From assembly GCA_951406725.2 (NCBI GenBank), contig OX597826.1, positions 25,668,001 to 25,732,000 of the forward strand: DNA of 64,000 nucleotides. The letters are read 5' to 3'. The position numbers and the translations under genes were made by a program. Below are positions 1-15,017 of this stretch, piece by piece (positions within the stretch are counted from its first letter, which is position 1; each line of letters opens with the position of its first letter). This stretch comes from Octopus vulgaris (Eukaryota). The notes beneath the pieces were generated by a model. The model was not told the DNA's origin, ran no database searches, and saw nothing but the letters and a program-made list of their open reading frames with translations.

Positions 1-486
1 TCATATAAAGAATCTCGCAAACCAAATCCAAAAACGAAATACAATATTTTCTTGATATTTCTTTTATAATAAAGGCGAAATTGTCTGTCTGCGACAGCTG
101 TATCTCAATTTACATTTGCTCTACATAGAAGTATTATACCTGTTTGGAATAAGAATGATCTCGAGATTGAAAATCTGCCCTTCATTTAGTTTTTGAACAT
201 CCAGTATTGAGATCTAATTCAAAAGTATTTGGATTGCTATTTCTAGCAGGTAAGGCATGACTGATTCACGCCATCTTGCTTGGTGTTTGTCAGATAACTT
301 CAATGATGAAGGGGAGATAAATGACATTCGCTTCGCAAATTTTACGTCCCGATAAGAACTTTAGAACAAATTGGCCAACAGGTGGAATTCAACTTGGTAC
401 TGGAACGATAGAATGATTGCATTAGAGAATTAATTCTCATTCATCCTAAACCTCTGATCAAACACCAGCGTGGCGTTTAATCATTA

Positions 487-682
487 TTCTTTTACTCTTT
501 TACTCTTTTACTTGTTTCAGTCATTTTGATTGCGGCCATGCTGGAGCACCGCCTTTAGTCGAGCAAATCGACCCCAGGACTTATTCTTTGTAAGCTTAGT
601 ACTTATTCTATCGGGCTCTTTGGCCGAACCGCTAAGTTACGGGGATGTAAACACACCAGCATCGGTTGCCAAGCGATGTTGG

Positions 683-729
<47 letters not shown>

Positions 730-909
730 TGCACACACACATATATACATAAATATACGACAGGCTTCTTTCAGTTTCCGTCTACCAATTCCACTCACAA
801 GACTTTGGTCGACCCGAGGCTATCGTAGAAGACACTTGCCCAAGGTGCCACGTAGTGGGACTGAACCTGGAACCATGTGGTTAGTAAGCAAGCTACTTAC
901 CTCACAGCC
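487..909 (-). mobile_element. SINE family A (tRNA-like head, CORE-like segment, internal (TA)/(TG) microsatellite, (TAAAAGA)n tail)
   Basis: The minus strand reads GGCTGTG..GTAAG (A-box-like), GGTTCAGTCCC (B-box-like), then GGCACCTTGGGCAAG, an internal microsatellite, and a tail GGCGGTGCTCCAGCATGGCC..GACTGAAACAAGTAAAAGAGTAAAAGA. More than 10 related copies occur in the window. Confidence 0.9.
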
Positions 910-1894
910 TCTTATAGTTATGCCTCTAGCTCTCTTTAGTTTTGTGCCGTAGGCCCAATTAGTCCTCCGCAGGATCTATCTTAAAAGCCCGCACAGAGTG
1001 CAGCTTTTACGCTAGTCTCTAATAAAGTAAAGTTCGATAGCTTTCATTTAATTTCTATGGCTGCAAACGCAGTTTGCATCCTTAATCTCTGATCAAAGAC
1101 ACCAGTGGGGCATATTGTCATTATAGACATATTATAGTCATGTTAGATTAAATTCTCTTCAGTTTTGGGCTGCATGCTCAATTAACCCTCGACAGGAGCC
1201 AAATTCTTCAAGTAACTTTTGTCCATAAACGTTAGTTCATTTAAATTGTCCAATGTTTCTTCCTTATTTCCACTCTTATCAACCCTTATACACTGATGCA
1301 CCTACCTCGTGTACTTAAACTATTCGAAATAAGGAATATGAAATCACTGTCTGTCTCAGTAAGATAAGAACCCACTTCTTTGATCGTAAAAAAACCATCT
1401 GCACGCAACGAGTTGCAAGGTACTTTGCGCTCCGGAGTGATCTTCAACAGTTTTGACACACTTTTGAAGTCTCATACAAATAGACTTTCACTTGCCACAG
1501 AGTGTTTTGTGTGAGACAACAGAGAGCGCACATCTTATTTCTTAAGATAACCTTGTGATGTAAGAGGGAGCCCGCAACTCCTTCTTATCTTAAAAGGTGG
1601 ATCAAACAATCTGAGTTTTTTTTTCTGTTGTGGTATTCAGCATATCATCGACAATAAAGTATCGCCACAACCACAATAAATATATGAGTAGCAGCAGCCG
1701 TAGTTCTCAGCACACCAATATGTAGCCACGTTCTTTGTCGAAGTGCTGCGTAATCAATTATTGTCAGGATCTTTCTTGATTACAAATCGGTAAATATCTC
1801 TTATAACGTTAGACAGTGAACTTGTGTAGTGCTCAGTGTAATACTCATTGACGGCAATGGAAGATCTCCATTTTCGTAGCTTCAAGTATATGGA

Positions 1895-2975
1895 AGAAGT
1901 AGAATAAGTGGGAGCATTTGGCGGCGAGATGGCAGAAACGTTAGCACGCCGGATGAAATGCTTAGCGGTATTTCGTCTGCCGCTACGGTCTGAGTTCAAA
2001 TTACGCCGAGGTCGACTTTGCTTTTCATCCTTTCGGGGTCGATTAAATAAGTACCAGTTACGCACTGGGGTCGATATAATCGACTTAATCCGTTTGTCTG
2101 TCCTTGTTTGTCTCCTCTGTGTGTAGCCCCTTGAGGGCAGTAAAGAAATAATAAATGGGAGCATAATTTTCAATCTCAAAAGACTTTGTGCCAAAACGAA
2201 AGTTCTTCATTCTCACATCATTGAGTTCTTGTATGCAGATGATTGTGACCTGTTAGCACATTCCAATGAAGAAATTGCAGAACGCGATGAATGCGATTTC
2301 TGCAGCATGTACATCATTGGGCCTTCATTTCATTTGAGTTTGAGTCCATGCTCAGGCCAAGTCGAAGACTCCACCCTCACTCAATTTGAAAAAAAAACTG
2401 TTCTAATGTACCAGTCCGCTCCCTCTAAGCTTTATGTGGAACTTTTATAAGTATGAATGGCCAAATGTTAGAAATTGTAACTAAATTCATTTATTTAAGA
2501 ACTTCTTTGAGCACTGCAGGTCTTGATAATGAAATTTCATATAGAATCAGCAAGTACTTTGGTGGCTTGACAGGCGTCTCTGGCCATGCCATAGTATATC
2601 TTTCCAAATTAAGGTTGGGGTTATAACACATGTCCTGCCATCTTTGTTATATAGAAGTGAGACATGGGTTGTTTATCGTAGGCATTTAAGTCATTTGAAA
2701 CGATATCATTAATATTGTCTCTGAAAAATGTTTGGGATAAATTGGAAAATGACCATCAGTGATGTGGAAGTGATTGAGAAAAGTGGTAGCAGAAGTGTAG
2801 AATCATTGATTCTGCAAAGTCGTTTGAAGTCTCATACAAATAGAATGGTTAAGAAAGGGGTGGACATCTGGTAAGAATGAATGATGAAAGACTTCTCAAG
2901 CAACTGATGAGCTGGAAGATGGTAGGAGACTGGCATATCATCACAAAATGAGGTTGAAGGACTTCCTCAGAATTG
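1895..2975 (+). pseudogene. Degenerate RTE-clade LINE reverse transcriptase fragment, interrupted by a SINE
   Basis: Translates with frameshifts and stops to RISGSIFNLKRLCAKTKV..FLYADDC, LDNEISYRISK, VLPSLLYRSETWVVYRRH and GHLVRMNDERLLKQL, which are typical RTE/BovB motifs. Confidence 0.85.
1918..2150 (+). mobile_element. SINE family B, full copy with Tx1-like tail and 14-bp TSD
   Basis: GGCGGCGAG.TGGCAGAAACGTTAGC..GAGTTCAAAT.. head and a tail ending TAAAGAAATA. Flanks are ATAAGTGGGAGCAT (1904-1917) and ATAAATGGGAGCAT (2151-2164). Confidence 0.9.
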
Positions 2976-3649
2976 CTCTGACACAATTTCCGTCTAACAA
3001 ATTCATTCACAGAGCATTGGTCCGCCTGGCTATATATAGTAGAAAACACTTGCCCAAGGTGCCACGCGGTGGGACTGAATCCATAAGCACGAGGTTGGAA
3101 TATCAGCTTCTAAACCACATAGCCGTGCATAAATTTGGTCAGGAGGACCACTTGACAACCAGTGATGGTTTGTTTATGTCCCCGTAATTTTAGAGACTAC
3201 GTAAAAGAAATATAGAATAAGCACCTGACTTAAAAAAAAGTAAAGATATGTTCTGTTGAACCCTTCACGGGTGTGCCCTATCATGGTCGCAATCCAGTGA
3301 CAGAAACAAATAAAAGAAAGATAAAAGAAATAGTTGCCATTGGACATGTAGAGTTATCTCTATTTGTTAATTTTTGCATAATTTATGTATATTATTTTGG
3401 CCTGTGTATATCTTCATAAAAGTAGTGTGGGAGCAGGTTTGAATCATGGCAAGTGTGGCGGGAGTTGAAAACGTATTCGTAAAAGAAAATTGGTGAAAGT
3501 GAAAAATGTCTAAGGAGCATAGGGTTAGCAAGAAAGGCTGAGGGCTTTTATATAGATATAAGCAGGCAGATGAATAAACAGATAGGAACAAGGAAACATG
3601 GCGGGCAAGGGTGGGGGATTGACGTTGGCGGTGATGATACTGATAAAGA

Positions 3650-3833
3650 CGGTGGTGGTGGTGGTGGTTATGAGCAAACGAGGGAGGAAGTGTGATGATG
3701 TTGGCAATGATAACGATAATAGTGGTGATGAGGATGATGATAGTAGAAGTGGTGGTGATGGTAGTGGTAGCGGCAGCGATTAGGATAATATTGATAGTGG
3801 CAGCGGAGTTGATGATGTGAATGGTGACGGCAG

Positions 3834-3866
<33 letters not shown>

Positions 3867-4212
3867 CGATGACGATGATGATGATGATAGCGATGATGGA
3901 GACGCTGATTATAAGCTGCTGTAATGATGATGGCAGTCGTGGTGGTGATGATGGTCACGGAGAGAGAGGATGAGATGATATTTAAGATATAAAAGGCAAT
4001 AAAATATAAAGTATAAAATAAAATATTGGTGGTGCCGGCAGCGACGGAAGTGGTGGGGATGATGGTGGTGTCGATGTTTGTGATGGTGGTGGTGGTGATG
4101 AGAATGGTAGTAGTGGTGATGCTAACAATGATGGTGATGGAGGTGGTGATGGCGATGGCGACAGCAGTAGTGATAATGATGATAGTGGTGACGCCAGCGA
4201 GCTGATGATGAT
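3650..4212. repeat. Imperfect (GAT)n/(GGT)n trinucleotide low-complexity tract
   Basis: Directly visible; it generates the poly-H/P/S pseudo-ORFs. Confidence 0.9.
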
Positions 4213-4268
4213 ATCTTTGGGAAATATTAGGATTTTCTTCATCTCTCTAGGGACATGACCCAGCAGCC

Positions 4269-4868
<600 letters not shown>

Positions 4869-5253
4869 AATTTAATAGATTTAGATAACTAAATAAATGT
4901 TTTCCCCTAGGGTCTATTCGCACATAGAAACATGTCCAAAAAAGGGGCTCCCAGCACTTGTGGGGAGGTACAGAGTGAGAATGTACAAATATAGTTGCAT
5001 AAAAATGAATGGGGAGTAAATACAGCATATAATATACAATGGCATATTAGAAATTTGACAAGAATAAATACAAAGAACAGACAAACATACATATATTCAA
5101 TTAACTTTATATGATAATAGTCGCTGTAAATGTTGGTAGGTCGGTTGGCTGGTTGAAAGCCTGCAGTCACGTTTTACATTAGATACAGAGAGAGAGAGAG
5201 AGTAAAAGAAAGATACAGAGAGACATAAGATGTGCAAGATGGAGGTCTTATAA

Positions 5254-5571
5254 CTGGCACTCTGTCGGGTATGACGACGAGAGGTTCAGTTGATCCGATC
5301 AACGGAATAGCCTGCTCGTGAAAGTAACGTGCAAGTGGCTGAGCACTCCACAGACACGCGCTCCCTTAGTGTAGTTCTCTGGGAGATTCAGCGTGACACC
5401 GAATGTGACAAGGTTAGCGCTTTGAAATACAGCTGCAACTCATTCATTGCCAGCTAAATTGACTGGAGCAATGTGGAATAAAGTGTCTTGCTGAAGGACA
5501 CAACGCGCCGCTGGAAATCGATCTCACAACGTTACAATCGTGAGTCGAATACCCTAAACACTAAGCCACGC
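5254..5571 (-). mobile_element. SINE family D (tRNA-derived head, ..GCGTTGTGTCCTT.AGCAAGACACTT.. body)
   Basis: Minus strand CGTGGCTTAGTGTTTAGGGTATTCGACTCACGAT..GAGATCGATTTCC; related heads at about 26572-26670 (+) and 53968-54230 (+). Confidence 0.75.
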
Positions 5572-5675
5572 TTATGATTTTCTGAAAAATGCATGTTTCT
5601 TTTTTTCATGAAATTTTGCAAAGATAGGTTTTCGGTGGAGTAAATTGTGATTATGTTGATAAGATTTAATAAAAC

Positions 5676-5876
5676 AGTCCTTTCCACTAAAGATACAAAG
5701 CCTGAAATTTTGGGGGAGGGCTCTAGTCAATTACATCGCCCCCCCCCATCGACCCCGAAAGGATGAAAGGCAAAGTCGACCTCGGTGGTATTTGAACTCG
5801 GACGTATTTGAAGACATACAAAATGCCGCTAAGGATTTCGCCCGGCGTGCCAACGGTTCTGCCAGCTTGCCGCCTT
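5676..5876 (-). mobile_element. SINE family B, alternative (tail-2) variant
   Basis: Reverse complement of the family B head and body, with tail ..CCCCCAAAATTTCAGGC..TAGTGGAAAGGA. Confidence 0.8.
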
Positions 5877-6108
5877 ATGATTTAATAAATTAATAACATT
5901 TTATGTACCACGGGTCCTTATGAGAGATCCTCCCTATAACACAGTACTCTCTGTGCTATTTACACCGTATTCTCTATTCACATGTTAAGTTGGAGATCAA
6001 GATTGCCTTTTGGTATTAGTATAGCTTCTGTTGCCATTGATTATTTGTTAATAAGCTTACTGGTCATTTGCGACACCAGTGCCTCAGTAGACACTGATAT
6101 TCTATATA

Positions 6109-6623
6109 TCGTAAATCCTCGAGTATAATCCGCATTCCCCCCCAAAAAAAATTTAAAGGTCAAAATCCCTAGTGCGTACTATATACGAGGTTAAAAATGA
6201 AAATTATTTTCTAAGCAATGTCCGAGTCTCTATTTGCTGTCCGGCAATGTTTATTCAGACGCATTTTGTGATGTCGGGCGCGAAAATACATCAAGCTAAG
6301 CCTGAAAGCAATGAAGTCATAAACGAATCATCCATAACTTGCAATAAGCAACATTTATTAAACGTTATTACCGTTATTTCTATATTTTCTGCAAACAAAA
6401 TGCACAAAAAAGCAACACGTTTGCATTATGTTATATATACTATAATAATAAAGGACGTTACCGTATACAGTTTTACAAACCAAGGACGTTATATAGACCG
6501 CCTTGACTGAAGTTAGAGAAGGGGTGCGTATTATACACAATGTTTAGGTTTTTCAGAGGTACAGCCCCCTAAAAATCCCCTGCGTATTATACTCAAGGGC
6601 GGACTATACTCGAGGATTTACGG
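6109..6623. mobile_element. MITE, Tc1/mariner-pogo type, 25-bp TIRs, TA TSD
   Basis: TA|TCGTAAATCCTCGAGTATAATCCGC ... GCGGACTATACTCGAGGATTTACGG|TA, with subterminal TGCGTA(C/T)TATA repeats. Confidence 0.88.
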
Positions 6624-6974
6624 TATTGTTGACAGGAGATTTGGCTGTTATACAGTCACTGGACATCTGTCACTGAAGAGCCTATAGCAGGGTGAAATCA
6701 TGTGATCTTGCAGTTCCGGCAGCCATAGCAGATGATTGTCGTCCGTCAACGAGATGAATTCAAGTGCTTTTATGCACCACAAGTTGTTATTAGAGATTCT
6801 CTCAAGGTAAATAATACAGTATTCTCAGTTGTAACTCCACTTCCATGTTAAGGTGGAGATCAAGATTGCCTCTTCTATCATTATTAATTTTGTAAATATA
6901 CAAATGAGAAAAAATTAATATAATTCCATTTCTGGGTGATATATTTTTTTTTCTAGTTTCAACTCAGAGCTGCG

Positions 6975-7025
<51 letters not shown>

Positions 7026-7029
<4 letters not shown>

Positions 7030-7530
7030 TAATAAATAAAACATATGCATATATACATACATATATGTACGTACTTACATCTAAATGCTTATATATATAT
7101 AACAAATTAATAAATAAAACATATGCATATATACATACATATATGTACGTACTTACATCTAAATGCTTATATACTTACATCTAAATGCTTATATATATGG
7201 GTACAGGACACCAAAAAACGTCGAACACAATGAGAAACGAAAACAAACATAAATACAAAACCAAGGAAATGGACATTTTTCTTAAACAACGAAAAAATAG
7301 AGTACAAGACATACAACACAATGAAAATACCCCTTCTTCAGCCGCCTCTGTTTCATCTACTCCGCGTTCGAAGGTAAAGGCGTGACACGACTTCGTTGAA
7401 ACAATCCTTTCCGCAAAAAGCAAATTAAATCAAATTTGAGATTTTTTTGCGGAGGGGTAAAAATGGCAACAAAAACAGGACAGTAAAGACAGTACAAAAT
7501 ATAAACAGTAAAAGACAGGACAAGGAGAAT
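7026..7530 (+). repeat. Dispersed repeat (Penelope-like terminus?) related to 21300-21703 in opposite orientation; 78-bp tandem duplication at its (TA)n-abutting end
   Basis: GTACAGGACACCAAAA..ACGTCGAACACA and CCCCTTCTTCAG..GTTTCATCTACT match the reverse complement of 21440-21640. AAATTAATAAATAAAAC..CTAAATGCTT is duplicated (7026-7180). Confidence 0.75.
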
Positions 7531-7554
7531 ATATATATATATATATTTATTTAT

Positions 7555-7769
7555 GGCGAGTTGGCAGAAACGTTAGCGCGCCGGGCGAAATGTTTAGCGG
7601 TATTTCGTTTGTCGTTATGTTCTGAGTTCAAATTCCGCCGAGGTCGACTTTGCCTTTCATCCTTTCGGGGTCGATAAATAAAGTACCAGTTTTGCAACTG
7701 GGGTCATTGTAATTCCTTTGTCCTTGTTTGTCTCTTCTATGTTTAGCCCCTTGTGGGCAGTAAAGAAAT
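7555..7769 (+). mobile_element. SINE family B with Tx1-like tail and about 14-bp TSD
   Basis: Family B sequence; ATATATTTATTTAT occurs at 7541-7554 and 7770-7783. Confidence 0.88.
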
Positions 7770-8259
7770 ATATATTTATTTATTTTAAAAATTAGTATTC
7801 GTTTCATCATTTAATCTATGCTCCAAGAAATTTGATTGAAGTTAAATTGTAATTATTGTATGTTTGCTATATTTCCTGATATTACCTATGGTGGCAAAGG
7901 CAAGCTTCTGGCAAGGTAAGCTTCCAAAGTTACCTGTCATATAACTCTAGTAAATAATGAACACAAGGGGGCAAAATAATAAGGGCAATCCATCCACGAT
8001 CAGAACACTCTGTCTTCTACCACATTCCGCTCCCTGATCTTGTATTCGGATCCTAATTTCTCCCCCCTCAGTTAGCACATTACCTAAATTGTCCTCTTCA
8101 GATCCATCTTGTACACCAGTAGTTTTCAACTGGGGTCCATATGATCCTTGCAAGTCCGTATAACAATATGTTGTTAAAATTGATGCCATAAACTGGTTAT
8201 ATTCCCACAATACATAAAATATTTTAACATTTTTTTTTCACAATTTCTAATAATAGGGG

Positions 8260-9683
8260 CACTTATTTGTTCCGCGTACTTCTCGAGATTCTTTGCTCAC
8301 TGTTTCCAGGGATCCGACAATTATTGGTACTACTGCTACCTTTTTCATCGATCACAACTGCTTAACTTCCCAAGCTAAGGTTGGAATCCGTGGAAAAGTT
8401 CTACACTGGATTAAGTATTTCCTGGCGAATAGAACACAACATGTTGTAGTTGATGGAGTCTACTCAAGCCCAGCAAAAGTCACCAGCGGTGTTCCCCAGG
8501 GGACTATTTTGGGTCCGCTACTCTTCATAATTTACATAAGCGACCTTTCCAGTGTCGTACATTACTGCAAAGTGAAAATATTTGCTGATGACACTAAGCT
8601 CCAGCAAATCGTCAATGAAGAAGCAGACCGAACTCAACTCCAGTCTGATCTATATGTTGTGAGTCAATGGGCAGACAGAAACAAAATGTAACTGAATGAG
8701 GGAAAATTTGAGCTGATGCATTTTGGAAGAAATTCCTCACTAAAACAACCATACTCTCTTCCTTCAGGGGAACCGCTCACAGCCTCTAACAATATCAGAG
8801 ACCTGGGTGTAATTGTTGATGACGATTTCAGTTGGAGTGCACACATCAACAAGAAGGTCGATATAGCTCGTAGGATGAGTTCCTGGATCTTAAGAACTTT
8901 CCGGTCCAGAGAACAAGGTGTCATCATACCACTTTTCTCCTCCTTTGTACGGCCACACCTTGAATACTGCTGCCCACTGTGGTCTCCCCATACAAGACAA
9001 AACATCTTCAGAATTGAGTCACCCCAGAGGGCACTCACTAAACGAATTGAAGGCATGGCTGCTCTCGATTATTGGGATCGCCTTAAAGCCTTGAAACTTT
9101 ACTCCCTCCAGCGTCGCCGTGAGCGGTACATCATTTGTACGATGTGGAGAATATACTGCCAACTTTGCCCAAACTTTGCCATTAGCTTCAAGGTTCATCC
9201 AAGACTGGGACCACGGGCCCATACGTCCCCTGCCCAATTCAAGATTACAACATACATGTACACTGCAACATAATTTCTTTTCCTCAACAGGCCCTGCCCT
9301 ATTTAACATTGTCCCGAGGGAGATCAAAGAGGAAAAGGATCCCATCAACTTTAAACGGAGTCTGGATAGATTCCTTCAAAGAATACCAGATAAGCCACCC
9401 ATAATTGGATACAACTCACCCAACAAGGACTCACTACTTGAACAAAACTTGATACAACTCACCCAACAAGAACTCACTACTTGAACAAAACTTGACTTAA
9501 ACAAAACTTGACTCGAATAATCCTATCAGGGGGTGCTATTAAGTTAGACATGGCCTGGACCAATCTTTGGTCGAAACATATCTAAGTTATCTAAGTTATC
9601 TCTCGACTTTACTTTCTCCCTTATCACACATTCTAGCTGGACATGCTATGTCTATGAACCAGCATAGCTTATACAATATCGCT
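8260..9683 (-). pseudogene. R4/Dong-type restriction-like endonuclease relic split by the CR1/L2-group insertion (pieces about 9601-9683 and 8260-8379)
   Basis: The minus strand reads KLCWFIDIACPA..DKEK.KVER | LAWEVKQL*SMKKVAVVPIIVGS; the two halves join into one RLE motif when 8380-9595 is removed. Confidence 0.75.
8380..9600 (+). mobile_element. 5'-truncated CR1/L2-group LINE (RT C-terminal half, 3' UTR, (CTAAGTTAT)n tail)
   Basis: SGVPQGTILGPLLF, IFADDTK, RDLGV, VRPHLEYCCPLWSP and LYSLQRRRER. One in-frame stop (8689-8691) and a frameshift near 9218; tail ATCTAAGTTATCTAAGTTATC. Confidence 0.93.
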
Positions 9684-9689
9684 TGGTTG

Positions 9690-10500
9690 TCGATTGAAGA
9701 TATTGTGTCTATCGGGGGTTTGTACTTTTTGTCAAGTCAAAACAAAGACCTCAGACAGTCAGTACTTTAACGCAATGTATGTGTAGTTCCAAGTAGTGCT
9801 GACTTTTGCAATACATCTAGATTGTAAGGTATCTTTAAGCTTTTCATATGTTTTTCAGATTGGTTGGTATTGAACCCAATGCTTCGATGACAAACGGGAT
9901 AACCTTTATGTTCGACTCTAGTAGCTGCCACATCTCAATTCTAAGGTCTCCATATTTATCAACTTTTTCTCTTTCTTTCATGATATGTTGATCCGGCACC
10001 ACTTTATCTGGAAATCAAAGTCCCAGAGGATTTTTGCCTTCCCCTTTGCATCGTCATTGTCTTTCGGGTAGTGCGATCGAGTTGGTCAATCTCCGCTTGT
10101 GTCCATCTGAGGATGGGTGCACTATAGCGGACTACAGCGACAGCCCATATGTTGATGGCAGTCACAAGGTTCCTTGAGTTGAGCTTTCATTTCAAGAGAA
10201 GTTTGAGGTGCTTGAAATATGCAGTGATGACTTTGTCTTCCATTTCTTTGTGCAAGATATTGTCCAGCTCCAGGATCCCAAGGTACTGGTACCCATCATC
10301 ATCCGGGTGTTCAACTCTCTCTCCGTTTGGCAATTCTATGCCTCTACAATTTACTCTCCCCATCCAGCTTCAGAGTTAGCACACTTCGAGATACCGAATT
10401 CTATTCATATATCCTTGCTACACATTTGCACAGTATCAACCAGCCTTTCCATTTCAGGCTCTGTTTTTGCGAACAGTTTTACATTATCCCTGAAGAGGTG
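9690..10500 (-). pseudogene. R4/Dong-clade LINE relic (RT thumb and RLE, internally deleted), abutting (TAA)n
   Basis: Minus strand VKLFAKTEPEMERLV..EFGISKCA..YQYLGI..NSRNLVTAINIWAVAVVRYSA..W..LDRTTRK, then KILWDF..KYGDL..LQKSALLGT.H. Confidence 0.87.
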
Positions 10501-10587
<87 letters not shown>

Positions 10588-10620
10588 GTTATTGTTATTA
10601 TTATTATTATTATTATTAAT

Positions 10621-10667
<47 letters not shown>

Positions 10668-10710
10668 GAAGAAGAAGAAGAAGAAGAAGAATAGTAATAA
10701 CAATAATAAT
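10501..10710. repeat. (TTA)n followed by inverted (TAA)n and (GAA)n
   Basis: Directly visible. Confidence 0.95.
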
Positions 10711-10901
10711 CCTTTCTGCTATAGGCCCAAGGATTAAAATTGTTTAGGATAGGGCTGATCGATTACATCGACTCCAGCGCTCAACTGGTACTTATTTCCT
10801 TGTCCCGGAACAGGATGTAAGGCAAAGTTGATCCTAGTGGAATTTCAACTCAGAATGTAAAGACAGACGAAATGCTGCTAAGCATTTTGTCCGGCGTGCT
10901 A
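10711..10901 (-). mobile_element. SINE family B tail-2 variant
   Basis: Reverse-complement match to 13755-13975. Confidence 0.8.
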
Positions 10902-10921
10902 AGTAATGTAATATTTATCCA

Positions 10922-11870
<949 letters not shown>

Positions 11871-12769
11871 AATGTATGCGTATGCGCGCGCGTGTATGCG
11901 TGTATGTGCATCGCTGGTTGTGTATATATGTGTATGAATGGTCTGATGCATGTCTATGTTTGATATCTGCTTATATATGTGTATATGTATAATGTGAAGC
12001 TCAGCACTTCTTTTTCTCCATTTGAAACAACTTCAAAACGTTACACATCTAAAAGAAAGAACAACAATGACAGAAATAAACAAACACAACAACAGTAAAA
12101 GCAAATAACAAATTAAAACAAATACATCAAAAAAACAATATCAGAACAAATCTGATAACATACATTATCTAAACGCAAAATGGCTGCCATTCAACAAAGC
12201 TATGATTTTTTTTTTCTTGTACGTTTCTGTCAAAAGGAGGATTTTCAAACAATTATTTATTTATTTACTCTTTCATACAAGTAAAAATACCAGACGCGTT
12301 CAAGTGCTCACCTCTGTGAGATGGTAATCTGATTTTGGTTTTTCTATCTATGCTCTTATTGTCTTTCATCTTATACCAACCAACCGCCATGTGGCTTGCA
12401 GAAATTATAGACTTCCATTCCAGTAGCTTCGCTCGATTCCAAATTCTTCAAACGTTTGCTGCGGAAAAATAAATATAAAAAAAAATTGCTTAATTCAACA
12501 AAATCCCCGACATTATTTATAGTTAAATTTAAACTCAAAAATAAATAATATTTCATTTCTTTTTTCTGCAAGCATATGTGTGCTTGTGTGCTTGTGTGCT
12601 TATATATGTAAGTATGGTTATATATGTACCAGCGTTTAAAAGTGTATATTTTACGTTTAATTTGATACAAGTTGTGCTTTGTATTTGCTTCTCCTCCAGT
12701 TATTGTGTATAAACCCCAAATATAGTCTTTTTGTGAAATGTTGTGTAAATTATTTGGTCAGTGTGGCTA

Positions 12770-13985
<1,216 letters not shown>

Positions 13986-14476
13986 ATTGTCATTGGTGTC
14001 GTCGTTGTTATTATTCATAGGTGTAGAGTGAAAGCTATAGCAGAACTGTAGATGTCTTGAAATACCATTGTTTTTTTTTTTTATCTTACGTTATCGCCAA
14101 AAAATAAATACACTCAAGTTCAATGCTGAGATCATTTCGACCAAGAATGGTCTCCATCCCCATCCTCATCCCAAAACCACCCCCACCTACACCACCTGAG
14201 CCAAATTTGTAAATTTTCACCAAAAACAGATATCTATTATAAAAAGTGATTATTTCTGCAGCTGCTTTGAAGAAGAAAACAGAAATGGTACTTCGCATTC
14301 CGCATTGGTTTATATCATGGAAGAGATCGAAGCAACCGAGCGAGGGCGTTGTGATCGCATTTGGAACCTAATGTAACGGAAAGCATTCCGTATGATGTTC
14401 TCAGGAAGGGCTGCTCCGTTCCAGGATTGTCGATCTCCATTGAAGATCCCGATTTTTAAAAGTTCAGCATATAAAC

Positions 14477-14623
14477 GCAGGCGTGGTTGAGTGGTAAGAA
14501 GTTTGCTTCCCATCCACACAGTTCGGTCACACTGTGTGGCACCTTGGGCAAGTATTTTCTGCCACACACTCGGCCTGACCAAAACTTTGAAAGTGGATTT
14601 GGCAGACGGAAAGAAGCCTGTCG

Positions 14624-14665
<42 letters not shown>

Positions 14666-14671
14666 TTTGTA

Positions 14672-14702
<31 letters not shown>

Positions 14703-14960
14703 GCGCGTGCGTTTGTGTGTGTGCGTGCGGGGGTATTTGGGTGTGTGCATATGTGTTCTTGTGTCTGTGTTTGTTCCCACCTCCGCCTGACAACCGGGGA
14801 TGGTGTGTTCATGTCCCCGTTCGGCAAAACAGACCGATAGAATAAGCATCAGGTTTTAAAGAAAAATAAGCTGTGGAGTCAATTCGTTTGATTAAAATTC
14901 TTCAAGGCGGTGCCCCAGCATGGCCGCAGTCAAATGACTGAAACAGTTAAAATGAAAGAT
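14477..14960 (+). mobile_element. SINE family A, full length
   Basis: Head, internal (TA)n(TG)n, and tail GGCGGTGCCCCAGCATGGCCGCAGTCAAATGACTGAAACA. Confidence 0.88.
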
Positions 14961-15017
14961 AGATAAATATCAACATTAGATAGTAGCAATAAATATCGAT
15001 CTCGTACAATGTTTTCA

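Noticed and set aside
530-952. 140-aa ORF and similar ORFs (63415-63822, 24891-25130)
   Set aside because: Chance antisense frames through SINE family A.
14262-14460. Exon-like GC-richer segment after TTTCTGCAG
   Set aside because: All frames on both strands are short, with no donor site or recognisable homology.
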